A stretch of 64,000 bases of DNA from Octopus vulgaris (GCA_951406725.2 OX597828.1:68944001-69008000); one strand, 5' to 3'. Shown: positions 1 through 11,961, counted from the first letter of the stretch. Made by a program: numbers and translations. The notes: a model not told the origin generated them from the letters alone.

Positions 1-2190
1 GTTCTCTTTTCAGATAACCAATAGAAAAAAATAACTGAGCAGAGGAAACGACGTCTGATATAAAAAGTGTGGATGAACAAAGCAACATGAGATTTCTGCA
101 ACTCTCAACTTCCTTAACTTCCATTTTAAAAAGAGATAAAGAAAAGATTGGTTGTATTTCCCGTTAATATTCATATTCTTAGTAAGTGAAAAGCGAGACT
201 TATTTATACACAAGTAGACGCTATTAGAGCAGCTAATTGATAATTAGTAATAATTAATTAGCTGCTCTATTACCAAGAAAAATAACTGAAGAAATACAAA
301 TATATTAATGAAACTGACGCCGGAGAAATTAAAACCCCTCTACTGAACTGCCTACCTTTTTATTTGTATCCCTATCACCTGAAATAACAATATACCCTTA
401 CTTCTTCCCACTTTCTACATCTCAAACCAAATGTTTCTCGCCTAAATTACTTCAATGTGTTATTTGTTGTCAAAGCTGGCCAAATTTCCAAAAAAGAAAT
501 TAACAATCAGAAATAAGAACCTCAAGATGTTCGCATCATTAGACCCCTAACGAAAGCACTTCCTGTCTGCTTTTGTTTGGCTCCACATGTAGTTTATGGT
601 GTTAGTGGAAGGAAAGCTTCAGCTAGGCTAAAGGTACATTCCTTTATATCTGGCTTTTGATAAATACACAGAGAGCCTCCACATCAGTGCGTGTGTAGTT
701 TGTGTGTAATTATAAGTTGAGTGAAATGTGATGGAAGTTTTCAGCTAACTTTTTAAGTCACCCTTCCTTTTCTTTTACGTCTCTTTGGCAACCACCGTCA
801 TAATAAAAGTCAATTAATGATGGGATGGCTAATTATAAATAGTTCAGGTAATTAGCAAATCTCAAATAAACCCCTTATAATGTGGATATTTATGTTATTG
901 CTGAAGTTGTAGACAAAACAACAGCTGTACCTGTTTTCGGCTGCCACAGGCTGAAACTGGTGCTTCCTCGGCGACTTTGTGTCAATGATGTTTGTACTTA
1001 ACACAACTCACCAACAACTTTTGTCCGCACATGGACCACTGTTTGTTTAGGGGGACATACCTTTGCAATTCAAACCACACAATTTTACATGAAAGTCGGT
1101 CGTTGTTGATGCAGAAACGTTAATGGCGGAATTAGTTGAGGAATAAGAAGGGCGACAGGCTGGTGTCGTATAACAACACTCCATCTGCATTTACAGCTAT
1201 CTGTTATAAACTTTGAACAGCTTTCTTATATATATGTTCTGTATTATGTGGTGGTATTTGTTTTCATAGAAGAAACGTAATTATATATATACACACACAC
1301 ACACACAAAGAATTTAAACATTGTTTTCGGGCATAATTAGAAGCTTTTAACATGCCTCTAAGAAATAGTCATATTCAATTAATAGAAAAGATGTAGTATA
1401 AGAACGTGAGAAAGATAGAAAGAAAGAAGTGAAGAAAGATTAAAGAGAGAAAAGAAAGCGATGCGTGATTAGGGTAAAAATATAGCCAGCAGACGGAGTG
1501 TTTAATGTAATAATAGAGGCGTCTGTAACAAGTAATTGAAAGCTTGTGAGAAAAAAAGGCGGTTCACTCTATGACATATTTAAGATAGTAATTAAAATAA
1601 TAAGCTGGTCTAATTCTGTTGGTTAGTCTAAGTAGACATTTAGGGAACTAGTTTATTTATCCTGCTCCTCCTCCTCCTCCCTGTTGTACTTACTTAACTA
1701 ACGAGGTCGGGTGTCGAAGAGATTCGTATTAGTTGAGCTCTATGGTAGGCCGGTGTTCTCAAATCCGTAACATGTGAAGCTTGCACTTGCTACAGGCGAA
1801 ACTTTTATCTAATGATTACATAATATGATCCCAGAGGCAATCACAGTTGCTCACCAAAGCTTTCTCTGATTTGTTGGCCTTCAAGTAATTACCATAGTTT
1901 ATTAGTTAAACCAGTTGGCTTTAATAATTCCAACAATACATATTCCCCCACTTCGGCAAAGTAAATCTTCAGCATATTATTCGCCCGGATATTTTATAAT
2001 TTACATATAAATCGTACTTAACACGAGTCAAAGCGATACCTTCGGGTTAAATTTATACAAAGAAAAGAACTTGGGGGGGAAAAAAATCAAAGTGATTGTA
2101 ATTGTGTCCTCCATCTAAGCAGGGGAAACGTTTCCCCTTGAGAAGCTCTGAGAGTGAGAGCTACTTTTCTCCCTTAAAGTCTCCCATACG

Positions 2191-2985
2191 ATGAATGTGT
2201 GTGAAGTCTGGTTGCTAGTGTCTTTGTACTTGATAAAAGCGTACTTAGTTGATGTTGTGGAGTCCGGAGAGAGCTGTGTATTAGTAAATACCAAATGCTA
2301 CCGGCGAACCGGTTGTAGAATGGCCCTGCAGAACTTTTTCTACGTTTGCTCTTCAGTAATTGAAGGTGAATCGAGAGGGTGTACTGTTGGTTGCAAGCGT
2401 GCTCTCATTTCGTTGTTAAAAACTGAAGACAGAGCTGGCCGTGCTTACATGAACTGTGATTGTCGGGACGATAAGAAATGCCTGGAACAAAAACGACGCG
2501 TCGAGGTGTGCAAAAGCGATGTCCTAGCAGAATTGGACAGCGTGGACGATAACACCACTCGAGTATCTTGTACCTTAGCTAGATTCACATGTGAAGCAGA
2601 CACTTCCTGCTTTGCGGCTCTTGGATTTTACACAGAGAACTGCAGACGTCTGATGATGGGTGACAAATGTACACCAAGATGTAACAACAGCTTGAATGTG
2701 CTACACCAGCAATTCAAGGCAAGAAAGCTACAGACATGTAACTGTGATGGCACCGAGCCCTACGACTGTGAACGCATTAAAGAATTTACTGAGGAACTCT
2801 GTTATAATCGGCCTTATCATGTGAAAAACCATCGGCCACATCGACCAGACTGTGTTAATTCAGCATATAGCAGATGTGATAGTCTCTTAACTAACACCGC
2901 AGCCAGCCATCGTTGGTTGTTTTGCTTCGGACAGTTACTGTCTATATTAATATTACTGCAGATAAACAGGACGAATTGGCTATAG
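2191..2985 (+). CDS. GAS1: Growth arrest-specific protein 1-like (two GDNF/GAS1 cysteine-rich domains, signal peptide, GPI-anchor signal), uninterrupted ORF
   Basis: 264-aa ORF with an in-frame stop upstream (2116-2118). Hydrophobic N-terminus, two 10-Cys repeats with GFRa/GAS1 spacing (C..C....GC..AL......C ... CDC; CEADTSC..AL..Y...C ... CNCDG), N-glycosylation sequons (NTT, NNS) and a hydrophobic C-terminal tail (WLFCFGQLLSILILLQI). Confidence 0.88.
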   Translation: MNVCEVWLLVSLYLIKAYLVDVVESGESCVLVNTKCYRRTGCRMALQNFFYVCSSVIEGESRGCTVGCKRALISLLKTEDRAGRAYMNCDCRDDKKCLEQKRRVEVCKSDVLAELDSVDDNTTRVSCTLARFTCEADTSCFAALGFYTENCRRLMMGDKCTPRCNNSLNVLHQQFKARKLQTCNCDGTEPYDCERIKEFTEELCYNRPYHVKNHRPHRPDCVNSAYSRCDSLLTNTAASHRWLFCFGQLLSILILLQINRTNWL

Positions 2986-3204
2986 TACACACCAAAAGAC
3001 ACCCATGTGCAATTCATATTCTTTATGCATACATACAGTGAACACAGCTACCCAACTATAGTACATATATATATATTCGGCATATTGAACGTAGCCAGTG
3101 CATTTATAGCCATATTCAATGAAGCAATGTAGGTATACTAACAAAATTAGAATATTTAATATGTACTGTGAAGATATTTTGTACTGAACCTACACAAATA
3201 TACT

Positions 3205-3624
3205 TACATACAAGTATATATATATATTTATACATAACATGATATATATATGTATATATATATATAACATAATATATATGTATATATATATATAACATGA
3301 TGTATATATATATATAACATGATACATATATATGTATATATATATAACATGATGTATATATAACATGATATATATATATAACATGATATATATATATGTA
3401 TATATATATAACATGATGTATATGTATATATAACATGATATATATGTATATATATATATATATAACATGATATATATATGTATATATATAACATGATACA
3501 TATATATGTATATATATATAACATGATACATATATATGTATATATATATAACATGATACATATATATGTATATATATATAACATGATACATATATATGTT
3601 TATATATATAACATGATACATATT

Positions 3625-3656
<32 letters not shown>

Positions 3657-3728
3657 ACATGATATATATATATATATATATATATAGCATGATATATGTA
3701 TGTATATATATAACATGATATCTATATC

Positions 3729-3764
<36 letters not shown>

Positions 3765-3765
3765 G
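3205..3765. repeat. TA-rich minisatellite (~30-bp unit with AACATGA core)
   Basis: Recurring TATATATAACATGATACATATATATG-like unit. Confidence 0.9.
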
Positions 3766-4309
3766 CTCATTAGATGCATTCATTTGTAACACCATTTCAA
3801 ATATACTGATACATAAACCACTTGCATAAAAACACATTCACACACCCACATGTACATGCTATATATTTATATAATACAAATATGATATCATGCGCCTCTT
3901 TATTATATGTATACATCCAACCTCACAATATATATATATCCATATGTTCACATTACAAACAAATATATTTTCAATACATCACACCTTAAAAGATTCACAT
4001 ATCAAGTACTTCTCAAGTACAAAAAACAAAAAAAAAACCAACATAAACAGTGACCATGTAGTAAAAAAATAATTCTTTGCATTTGGATTAGAAACCTGGA
4101 TTTTCCATGAGGCACATGTTGCATTTGATCACCAATACTGTTACTTCATGTGTGTTGCTGAAGCTGCTGGAATTATAAACTGTGGATATTAATCGAAGGA
4201 TGTTCAGTGATGTATATTACACAGTGGAGGTTACCGAACCCTACAAAACAACAGGAACACATTAATATTTCATTTAACAACTCATCTTGTTTTTTGTGTA
4301 TATAAAGAT

Positions 4310-4487
4310 GTATATATAATGTATATACAAAATGTCAATCTATCTCTCTTTCTCTCTCTTTACATACATACATATATATATATATATACATATCTATCTA
4401 TCAATCTATATCTATATATATATATACACACACATATATGTACACTTATATATATACATATCTATCTATCTCTCTCTCTCTCTCTCT

Positions 4488-4531
<44 letters not shown>

Positions 4532-4625
4532 TATGTACACTTATGTATATACATATCTATCAATCTCTATATATATACACATATATGTACACTTATATAT
4601 ATATATATATATACATATCTATCTA

Positions 4626-4656
<31 letters not shown>
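4310..4656. repeat. Compound (TA)/(TC)/(CA) microsatellite
   Basis: Direct inspection. Confidence 0.9.
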
Positions 4657-4657
<1 letters not shown>

Positions 4658-4886
4658 AGTTCAGCAAAATTTAGATTCAGATGAATATGGTACTTAAGTT
4701 AAAGGCACCAGAATTTTGTATGGTATTATCCATATAAATCAAATGGGGTGATTATAATCAAAATAAGCAACAAGGATATCCAAGGTAGTGCAGTACAATT
4801 GCTACTTCATTTTATTAAACAAGGTAAGTATTACATCAGTTTTAAAATGTCAAGCAATTTTCAGCCACATATAGAATTTTTATAAT

Positions 4887-4890
<4 letters not shown>
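4657..4890. mobile_element. (TA)n-embedded interspersed repeat 'family B' (probable Penelope-like terminal fragment)
   Basis: Near-identical to 8714-8868 and, in part, 44318-44432. All copies abut simple repeats. Confidence 0.6.
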
Positions 4891-4937
<47 letters not shown>

Positions 4938-5663
4938 TATAACATTGTTTTGTGTGTATAATATGTATAACTAATATCACCCTCATCATATAATGTCTGC
5001 TTTTCCATGCTTGCATAGATGAACAGAGTTTATTTGAGACTTTCTTTGGTTGGATACACCTTCTGTTGCCAACCCTTATGTTTCCATGTAAGGTAATATT
5101 TCTCCATGGTCAAACTTGTTATTGCAAAATACACACACACACACACGTGTGTATGTATGTGTGTTTGTATATAACATAGATATATATATAGCATCTTATA
5201 TAAATGTAGTGTGTGTGTATATATATATATACATTAAATTAGAGATAAAACCACTATTAGGCAAATCAAATTTTGAATTTTATATTTTATATATTTTGTA
5301 TATTATATTAATTAATTTTATTTCTATGTTTTGGTTTATGTTTTTCACTGTTTGATTTTCCTAATAGTGGTTTTATCTCTAATTTAATATATATTTATAC
5401 TGTATAATTAGATTTAATCCTAAATCTAATTTTCCCCTGTAAGTTTGGATTTACTCCCTAATATTATTATTATATATATATATATATATAAACAACTTAT
5501 AAACAAAGGCAAAAGAAAATTATTTCTATACCTTTGCCTTTGTTTATAAGTTGTTTATAATTTTAACCTTTAAAGGTATTTTAATATGCTGCCACATTTT
5601 TGATGAAATTTTTTTCTGTAAAAAAACTTCATCCTATATTAGTAGTAGACTTATTACTATTCG

Positions 5664-5713
<50 letters not shown>

Positions 5714-5714
5714 T

Positions 5715-6080
5715 CTTCTTTTTCATGTTTCGGTCATTAGACTCTGGCTATGCCTTGAATCTTAATCCTATTAATTGACCCCAGTAATTACTTTTTAAGT
5801 CTGGTTCTTATTCTATTGGTCTCCTTTACTGAACTGTTAAGTTACAGGGACATCACACAACACTAGTTATCAAGTGGTGATGGGGGGGGGGACAAACATG
5901 CACACATAGATGCATATATGATGGGCTTTCAGTTTCCATCTAACAGATCAACTCACAAGAATTTAGTTAAACCTGAAGCTATGGTAAAAAAACCCCACTA
6001 AACCAAGGTACCACGCAGTGGGATAGAAACCAGAACCATGTTGTTGGGAAGCAATCCTCTTAAAACACAGTTATGCCTAT
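5715..6080 (-). mobile_element. Diverged tRNA/CORE-type SINE (family D)
   Basis: Similar to the reverse complement of 30648-31043. Confidence 0.7.
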
Positions 6081-6091
6081 ATGTGTGTATG

Positions 6092-6144
<53 letters not shown>

Positions 6145-6236
6145 TGTTTCAGTCATTGGAGACCTTTTCAACTGTAACGATTAAATAATTAAATTTAGAA
6201 AAATTAAAAGAAAAGTTTATATATATATATATATAA

Positions 6237-7123
6237 AGAATAGCTTGGGCAAAGTTCAGGGAGCTCTTACCTCTGCTGGTGACAAAAGGCCACTCACTCA
6301 GAGTAAAAGGTAGACTGTATGACGCTTGTGTACAAACAGCCATGCTACATGGCAGTGAAACATGGGCCGTGACTGCTGAGGATATGCGTAAGCTCGCAAG
6401 AAATGAAGCCAGTATGCTCCGATGAATGTGTAATGTCAGTGTTCATACTCGACAGAGTGTAAGTTCCTTGAGAGAAAAGTTGGACCTAAGAAGCATCAGC
6501 TGTGGTGTGCAAGAGAGTCGTTTGTGCTGGTATGGTCATGTGGTGAGAATGGATGAAGATAGTTGCGTGAAAAAGTGCCACACCCTAGCAGTGGGGGGAG
6601 CCTGTGTAAGAGGCAGACTCAGGAAAACCTGGGACGAGGTGGTGAAGCACGACCTTCGAACTTTAGGTCTCACTGAGGAAATGACTAGAGACCGAGACCT
6701 TTGGAAGTATGCTGTGCGTGAGAAGACCCGGCAAGCCAAGTGAGACCACAGTCCACTTATGCATACCGTTCCTTTTTGGGACACAAAACTACTTATGAAT
6801 ACCTGTTGTGGCAAGTGAAAATCAAATCAAAATCGAAATTGATCAACATCAATAGAAATTGTAGCTGTGATACCAGTGCCTGTGGTACGTAAAGGAACCA
6901 TCCGAACGTGGCCGTTGCCAGCACCGCCTGACAGGCCTCCGTGCTGGTGGCACATAAAAGTGCCCACTACACTCACGGAATGGTTGGCGTTAGGAAGGGC
7001 ATCCAGCCATAGAAACTTTGCCAGATCAGACTGGGCCTATGCAGCCTTCTGGCTTCCCAGACCCCAGTTGAACCGTCCAACCCATGCTAGCATGGAAAGT
7101 GGACGCTAAATGATGATGATGAT
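6237..7123 (+). mobile_element. 5'-truncated RTE-clade LINE (ORF C-terminus, 3'UTR, (GAT)n tail)
   Basis: Translates IAWAKFRELLPLL..LRVKGRLYDACV..MLHGSETWA...RLCWYGHVVRM..RGR.RKTWDEVVKHDL. Internal stop at 6423-6425. Ends in (TGA)n. Confidence 0.88.
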
Positions 7124-7137
7124 ATATATATATATAT

Positions 7138-7406
7138 AATAATTATTTGAGGGAATATTATTCCAAACTTACAGGGAAAAGTTCAATTTAGAAATACTAA
7201 ATCAAATTTCACAAAATATTATATATAGATATATATATATATATATATGAAAATGAGAAAAAAACCACCTTTTATCAATTCAAAATGAACAATTAAATTA
7301 CACCATCTAGAAAATTACATATACTAGAAATATTACAATTAAAATAACAATAATATACCGATGATTAAGTAAATTGCAAAATAATAATAAAAATGTATAT
7401 ATTTGG

Positions 7407-7410
<4 letters not shown>
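7138..7410. mobile_element. (TA)n-embedded AT-rich interspersed repeat 'family A'
   Basis: Recurs at 9340-9642, 10282-10540 (inverted) and partly at 5400-5470 and 58792-58870. Confidence 0.65.
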
Positions 7411-7440
<30 letters not shown>

Positions 7441-7513
7441 GGTTGTTGCCCAACATGGCCACAGTCTCATGACTGAAACAAGTAAAAAATATATGTGTGT
7501 GTATGTATGTATG

Positions 7514-7557
<44 letters not shown>

Positions 7558-7619
7558 TACACATAGTTATTGGTGAAAGATTATCAATTTGGGCAAAATA
7601 TTTCATTAAGATCTCTGTT

Positions 7620-7828
7620 GGCAGGGAGCTGGCAGAATCGTTAGCACGCCGGGCGAAATGCTTTGCGGTACTTCGTCTGCTGCTATGTTCTGAGTTCAAA
7701 TTCCGCTGAGGTCGACTTTGCCTTTCATCCTTTCGGGGTCGATTAAATAAGTACCAGTTACGCACTGGGGTCGATGTCCTTGTCTGTCCCCTCTGTGTTT
7801 GGCCCCTTGTGGGTAGTAAAGAAATAGG
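7620..7828 (+). mobile_element. tRNA-derived SINE (family C) with TSD
   Basis: A-box-like TGGCAGAATCG, B-box GAGTTCAAATTCC and a GCCTTTCATCCTTTCGGGGTCGAT block. Flanked by a TCTCTGTTGGCA duplication. Confidence 0.85.
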
Positions 7829-8055
7829 TCTCTGTTGGCACATCAGGCTAACAATATTCCATATATTCTTGTGACAGGGTCCATGGTTATAGTTCATCAC
7901 CATTCTATATTGCAAATAGACTAATTGGGAAACCTATCTGTTATGAATCTGCAATACCTTTTGGAAACAGCTATAGGCCAAATTTACTCCAATAAACATA
8001 AAATATGTAATAACCATTATTTATACATTGTCTTATATATGTATATATTTATGTA

Positions 8056-8112
<57 letters not shown>

Positions 8113-8125
8113 ATTATATAGAAGG

Positions 8126-8176
8126 AGCTTCTACAGGACTAGAACTGTTTCATTCAAGAGAAATCTTCAGGAAGCT
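8126..8176 (-). ncRNA. Type I hammerhead ribozyme motif (mirror copy)
   Basis: Reverse complement of 8510-8560 within the inverted repeat. Confidence 0.7.
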
Positions 8177-8509
8177 AGTTAACAAGAATTGTATTGGCAT
8201 TTATACATTTAGGCAGGTTTAAAGGGGTGTTGGTGGGGGACTTTTTGGGGGTAGGCATAGCGCAAAATATCATACTTGGGGGAGTGGTCAAGGAGTCAGT
8301 GTAATACCATACGAAATTCTGGTGCCTTTAACTTAAGTACCATATTCATCTGAATCTAAGTACCATATTCATCTGAATATATTACACTGACTCCTTGACC
8401 ACTCCCCCAAGTATGATATTTTGCGCTATGCCTACCCCCAAAAAGTCCCCCACCAACACCCCTTTAAACCTGCCTAAATGTATAAATGCCAATACAATTC
8501 TTGTTAACT

Positions 8510-8560
8510 AGCTTCCTGAAGATTTCTCTTGAATGAAACAGTTCTAGTCCTGTAGAAGCT
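8510..8560 (+). ncRNA. Type I hammerhead ribozyme motif
   Basis: AGCTTC-CTGAAGA-tTTC tctt GAAt-GAAA-CAG ttctagtc CTG-TA-GAAGCT: 6-bp stem I, CUGANGA and GAAA cores, stem III, GUA cleavage triplet. The pair closing stem II is a non-canonical U-U. Confidence 0.7.
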
Positions 8561-8646
8561 CCTTCTATATAATAAATTAATTTTACTCTGCTATGTATTG
8601 AGTACCTTATTTACTGTGGTTAACCCCGAATCAACCCGGGACCTAC

Positions 8647-8677
<31 letters not shown>

Positions 8678-8713
8678 CGTACATGCAAACAAACATACAT
8701 ACATATATATGTA

Positions 8714-8907
8714 TAAGTTCAGCAAAATTTAGATTCAGATGAATATGGTACTTAAGTTAAAGGCATCAGAATTTCGTATGGTATTATCCATATAAATCAA
8801 ACGGGGTGATTATAATCGAAATAAGCAACAAGGATATCCAAGGTAGAGTAGTACAATTGTTTCATGCTTACTCTACCTTGGATATCCTTGTTGCTTATTT
8901 TGATTAT

Positions 8908-8908
<1 letters not shown>
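8714..8908. mobile_element. Family B repeat with a 40-bp terminal fold-back
   Basis: Matches 4657-4810. 8811-8850 is inverted at 8869-8908. Confidence 0.7.
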
Positions 8909-8965
<57 letters not shown>

Positions 8966-9299
8966 ATGAGCTCCTTTTAATTTTTGTCTACCAAATCCAT
9001 TCATTGTTGAGGTTGGGTGTAGAACTTGTCCAAGCTTCCACACAGTGGGATCGAACTCAAAACCATGTGAGTGGGAAGCAAACTTTTTATCACACAACCC
9101 ACATTATTCATTACTATCTAAAATATTATATAATATATAGATATATGTTCTAATATGTCTGTGGGTGTGTATAAGTATACATGTATAAGTAATAAATATA
9201 TGTATGATAGATTATGTATATATAATTATGTATATATTATGTAAATATTAACTATATATGCTTATGAAATTTCTGCTTATGAAGTGTTATATATGTATA

Positions 9300-9339
<40 letters not shown>

Positions 9340-9340
<1 letters not shown>

Positions 9341-9642
9341 AAGAGGGAATATTATTCCTAACTTACAGGGAAAAATTTAATTTAGAAATACTAAATCAAA
9401 TTCACAAAATATAATATATATATATATATATAAAAATTAGAAAAAAACACCTTTTATCAATTCAAAATGAAAAATTAATTACACCATCTAGAAAATTACA
9501 TATAATAGAAATATTACAATTAAAATGATAATAATAATAATTATTGTTATTTTAGTTTTAATATTTCTATTATATGTAATTTTCTAGATGGTGTAATTTA
9601 ATTGTTCATTTTGAATTGATAAGAGGTGTTTTTTTCTAACTT
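9340..9642. mobile_element. Family A repeat with a ~105-bp-arm palindrome
   Basis: 9433-9540 pairs imperfectly with 9541-9642. Confidence 0.7.
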
Positions 9643-10008
9643 ATATATATATATATATATATACACATACACACACACTAACATACATTCATGTGTAAAA
9701 TTACTGTATATGTTTATAAGTCTGTAAGTGTATATATATCTAACCCATACCAACATGGCAACTGGATGTTTAATGGTGATGACAACATGTATAAATAGTT
9801 ATGTGCTTGCATGAAATATTTTTATATGTTATATATGTGTGTGTGTACAGACAAACTATATACATAAATGTAGAGTTGATATATACATGTGTATATATAT
9901 ATATGTAACATATGTCTGTGTCTCTGTATATATCTGGTATTTAAGATTATATATCTAGTGTATGTGTGTACATAAGTACATGAAGTATATATAAATATTG
10001 TAAATGTT

Positions 10009-10070
<62 letters not shown>

Positions 10071-10249
10071 AGTAATGATTTTTTTTCTTATGCATAATGT
10101 TAGAAATCAATATACATATACTTCAAAATCAAGAGTCAGGCCAGTAGAGATTGTTCTGAGAAATTAAATACATGACAAAGGAACAGAAATTAACTATTCA
10201 AATAACTATGTAATTACTGTTCACTTTTTACATCATTATTCATATATAC

Positions 10250-10281
<32 letters not shown>

Positions 10282-10282
<1 letters not shown>

Positions 10283-10536
10283 CCAAATATATACATTTTT
10301 ATTATTATTTTGCAATTTACTTAATCATCGGTATATTATTGTTATTTTAATTTTAATATTTCTATTATATGTAATTTTCCAGATGGTCCAATTTAATTGT
10401 TCATTCTGAATTGATAAAAGGTGTTTTTTTTTTTCTAATTTATATATATATATATATATATTATATTTTGTGAAATTTGATTTAGTATTTCTAAATTTAA
10501 TTTTTCCCTGTAAGTTAGGAATAATATTCCCTCAAA

Positions 10537-10540
<4 letters not shown>
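10282..10540. mobile_element. Family A repeat (opposite orientation to 7138-7410)
   Basis: Reverse-complement match to 7138-7410. Confidence 0.7.
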
Positions 10541-10584
<44 letters not shown>

Positions 10585-10593
<9 letters not shown>

Positions 10594-10995
10594 CGGCAGT
10601 TTGTCTGTCTGTGTGTCTGTCAGGTTGTACCCTCACCCTGACCACGGCTTTCAACCAATTCTGATGAAACTTGACACACACATAGCCCAATGTCATAATT
10701 CAAAACTAACACAGCGAAAATTTTGAAAAGTTCCCCCAGTTCTAAAAAAAATCGATAAATTCGACATTGGCTCGAGAATCTAAGTTTTTTATATGCAACA
10801 CATTTTCTCTCTAGGGGACACAACTCGACCATTTTATCGCCCAAAGGGACAGCTAGGAGCATCGTATACACAGAAGTATTCGAGTGAAGAGAAGACATTG
10901 CAACCTACACATGCACCTATGTTCCCTAGATTGGGATTAGTCGTTGCCTACTAAGGGCTCTTACATACCCGGGCAACACGGGGTTATGCTGCTAG
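10585..10995 (+). mobile_element. Non-autonomous Helitron-like element
   Basis: Ends CCCGGGCAACACGGGG (hairpin)...GCTAG|T. Shares its 5' TATATAA(A)CGGCA and 3' end with 29826-30209. The 5' boundary is blurred by (TA)n. Confidence 0.6.
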
Positions 10996-11032
10996 TATAT
11001 ATATATATATATATATATGCATGTAAATGTAT

Positions 11033-11420
11033 GTCGAGGTGCAATGGCCCAGTAGTTAGGGCAGCAGACTCATGGTCATAGGATTGCAGTTTCCATACCC
11101 AGACCAGGCGTGGAGAGTGTATATTGAGTGAAAACACCTAAAGCTCCACGAGGCTCCGGCAGGCGGTGAGTGGCAAACCCTGCAGTACTCTTTCATTACA
11201 ACTTTCTCTCACACTTTCTTCTTGTTTCTGTTCTACCTGTACTTCAAAGGGGCCAGACTTGTCACACTCTGTGTCATGCTGAATCCCCCTGAGAACTACG
11301 GTAAGGATTCACGTGTCTCTGGAGTGCTTAGCTCACTTGCACGTTAATTACACGAGAAGGCCGTTCAGTTCATCGGATCAACAGGAACCCTCATTGTCGT
11401 AACCGATAGAGTTCCATATG
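11033..11420 (+). mobile_element. tRNA-derived SINE (family F)
   Basis: Head TGGCCCAGTAGTTAGGGC and an AAAACACCTAA block shared with 17720-18010. Confidence 0.65.
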
Positions 11421-11426
11421 TACGTA

Positions 11427-11560
11427 TCATCATCATCATCATCGTTTAACGTCCGTTCTCCATGCTAGCATGGGTTGGACGGTTCGACCGGGGATCTGGG
11501 AAGCCAGGAGGCTGCGCCAGGCCCAGTCTGATCTGGCAGTGTTTCTACAGCTCGATGCCA
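11427..11560 (-). mobile_element. RTE 3'-tail fragment
   Basis: (CAT)n followed by the reverse complement of the 6990-7123 tail. Confidence 0.8.
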
Positions 11561-11786
11561 TATATATATATATATATATATATACGAATGTGTATGTGCG
11601 TATATACATGTGTACATATGTGTATGAGTATATATATATATATATATATATAAATACATTTATGTATGTGTTTATATATATATATATATATGTATGTACA
11701 TATATATAAGTATGTATCTATATGTATATATGGATAAATACATATATATAATGTAGGAAAATATATATCGTTTGTGTATACATATA

Positions 11787-11832
<46 letters not shown>

Positions 11833-11925
11833 CATAAAAACGGTGAAATATAATTAATTTAATAAATTTCACCTAGTAGTTTTATCGGTATGGAAAGGAC
11901 CATATTTGGTAAGGATTATATTAAT

Positions 11926-11961
<36 letters not shown>

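Larger units (their letters stand above)
8106..8580. repeat. ~201-bp inverted repeat with 73-bp spacer (fold-back element)
   Basis: 8106-8306 is the reverse complement of 8380-8580. No mismatch seen by eye. Confidence 0.95.

Noticed and set aside
1030-1042. Possible GLI site upstream of GAS1 (GGACCACTG)
   Set aside because: Poor match to GACCACCCA and expected by chance.
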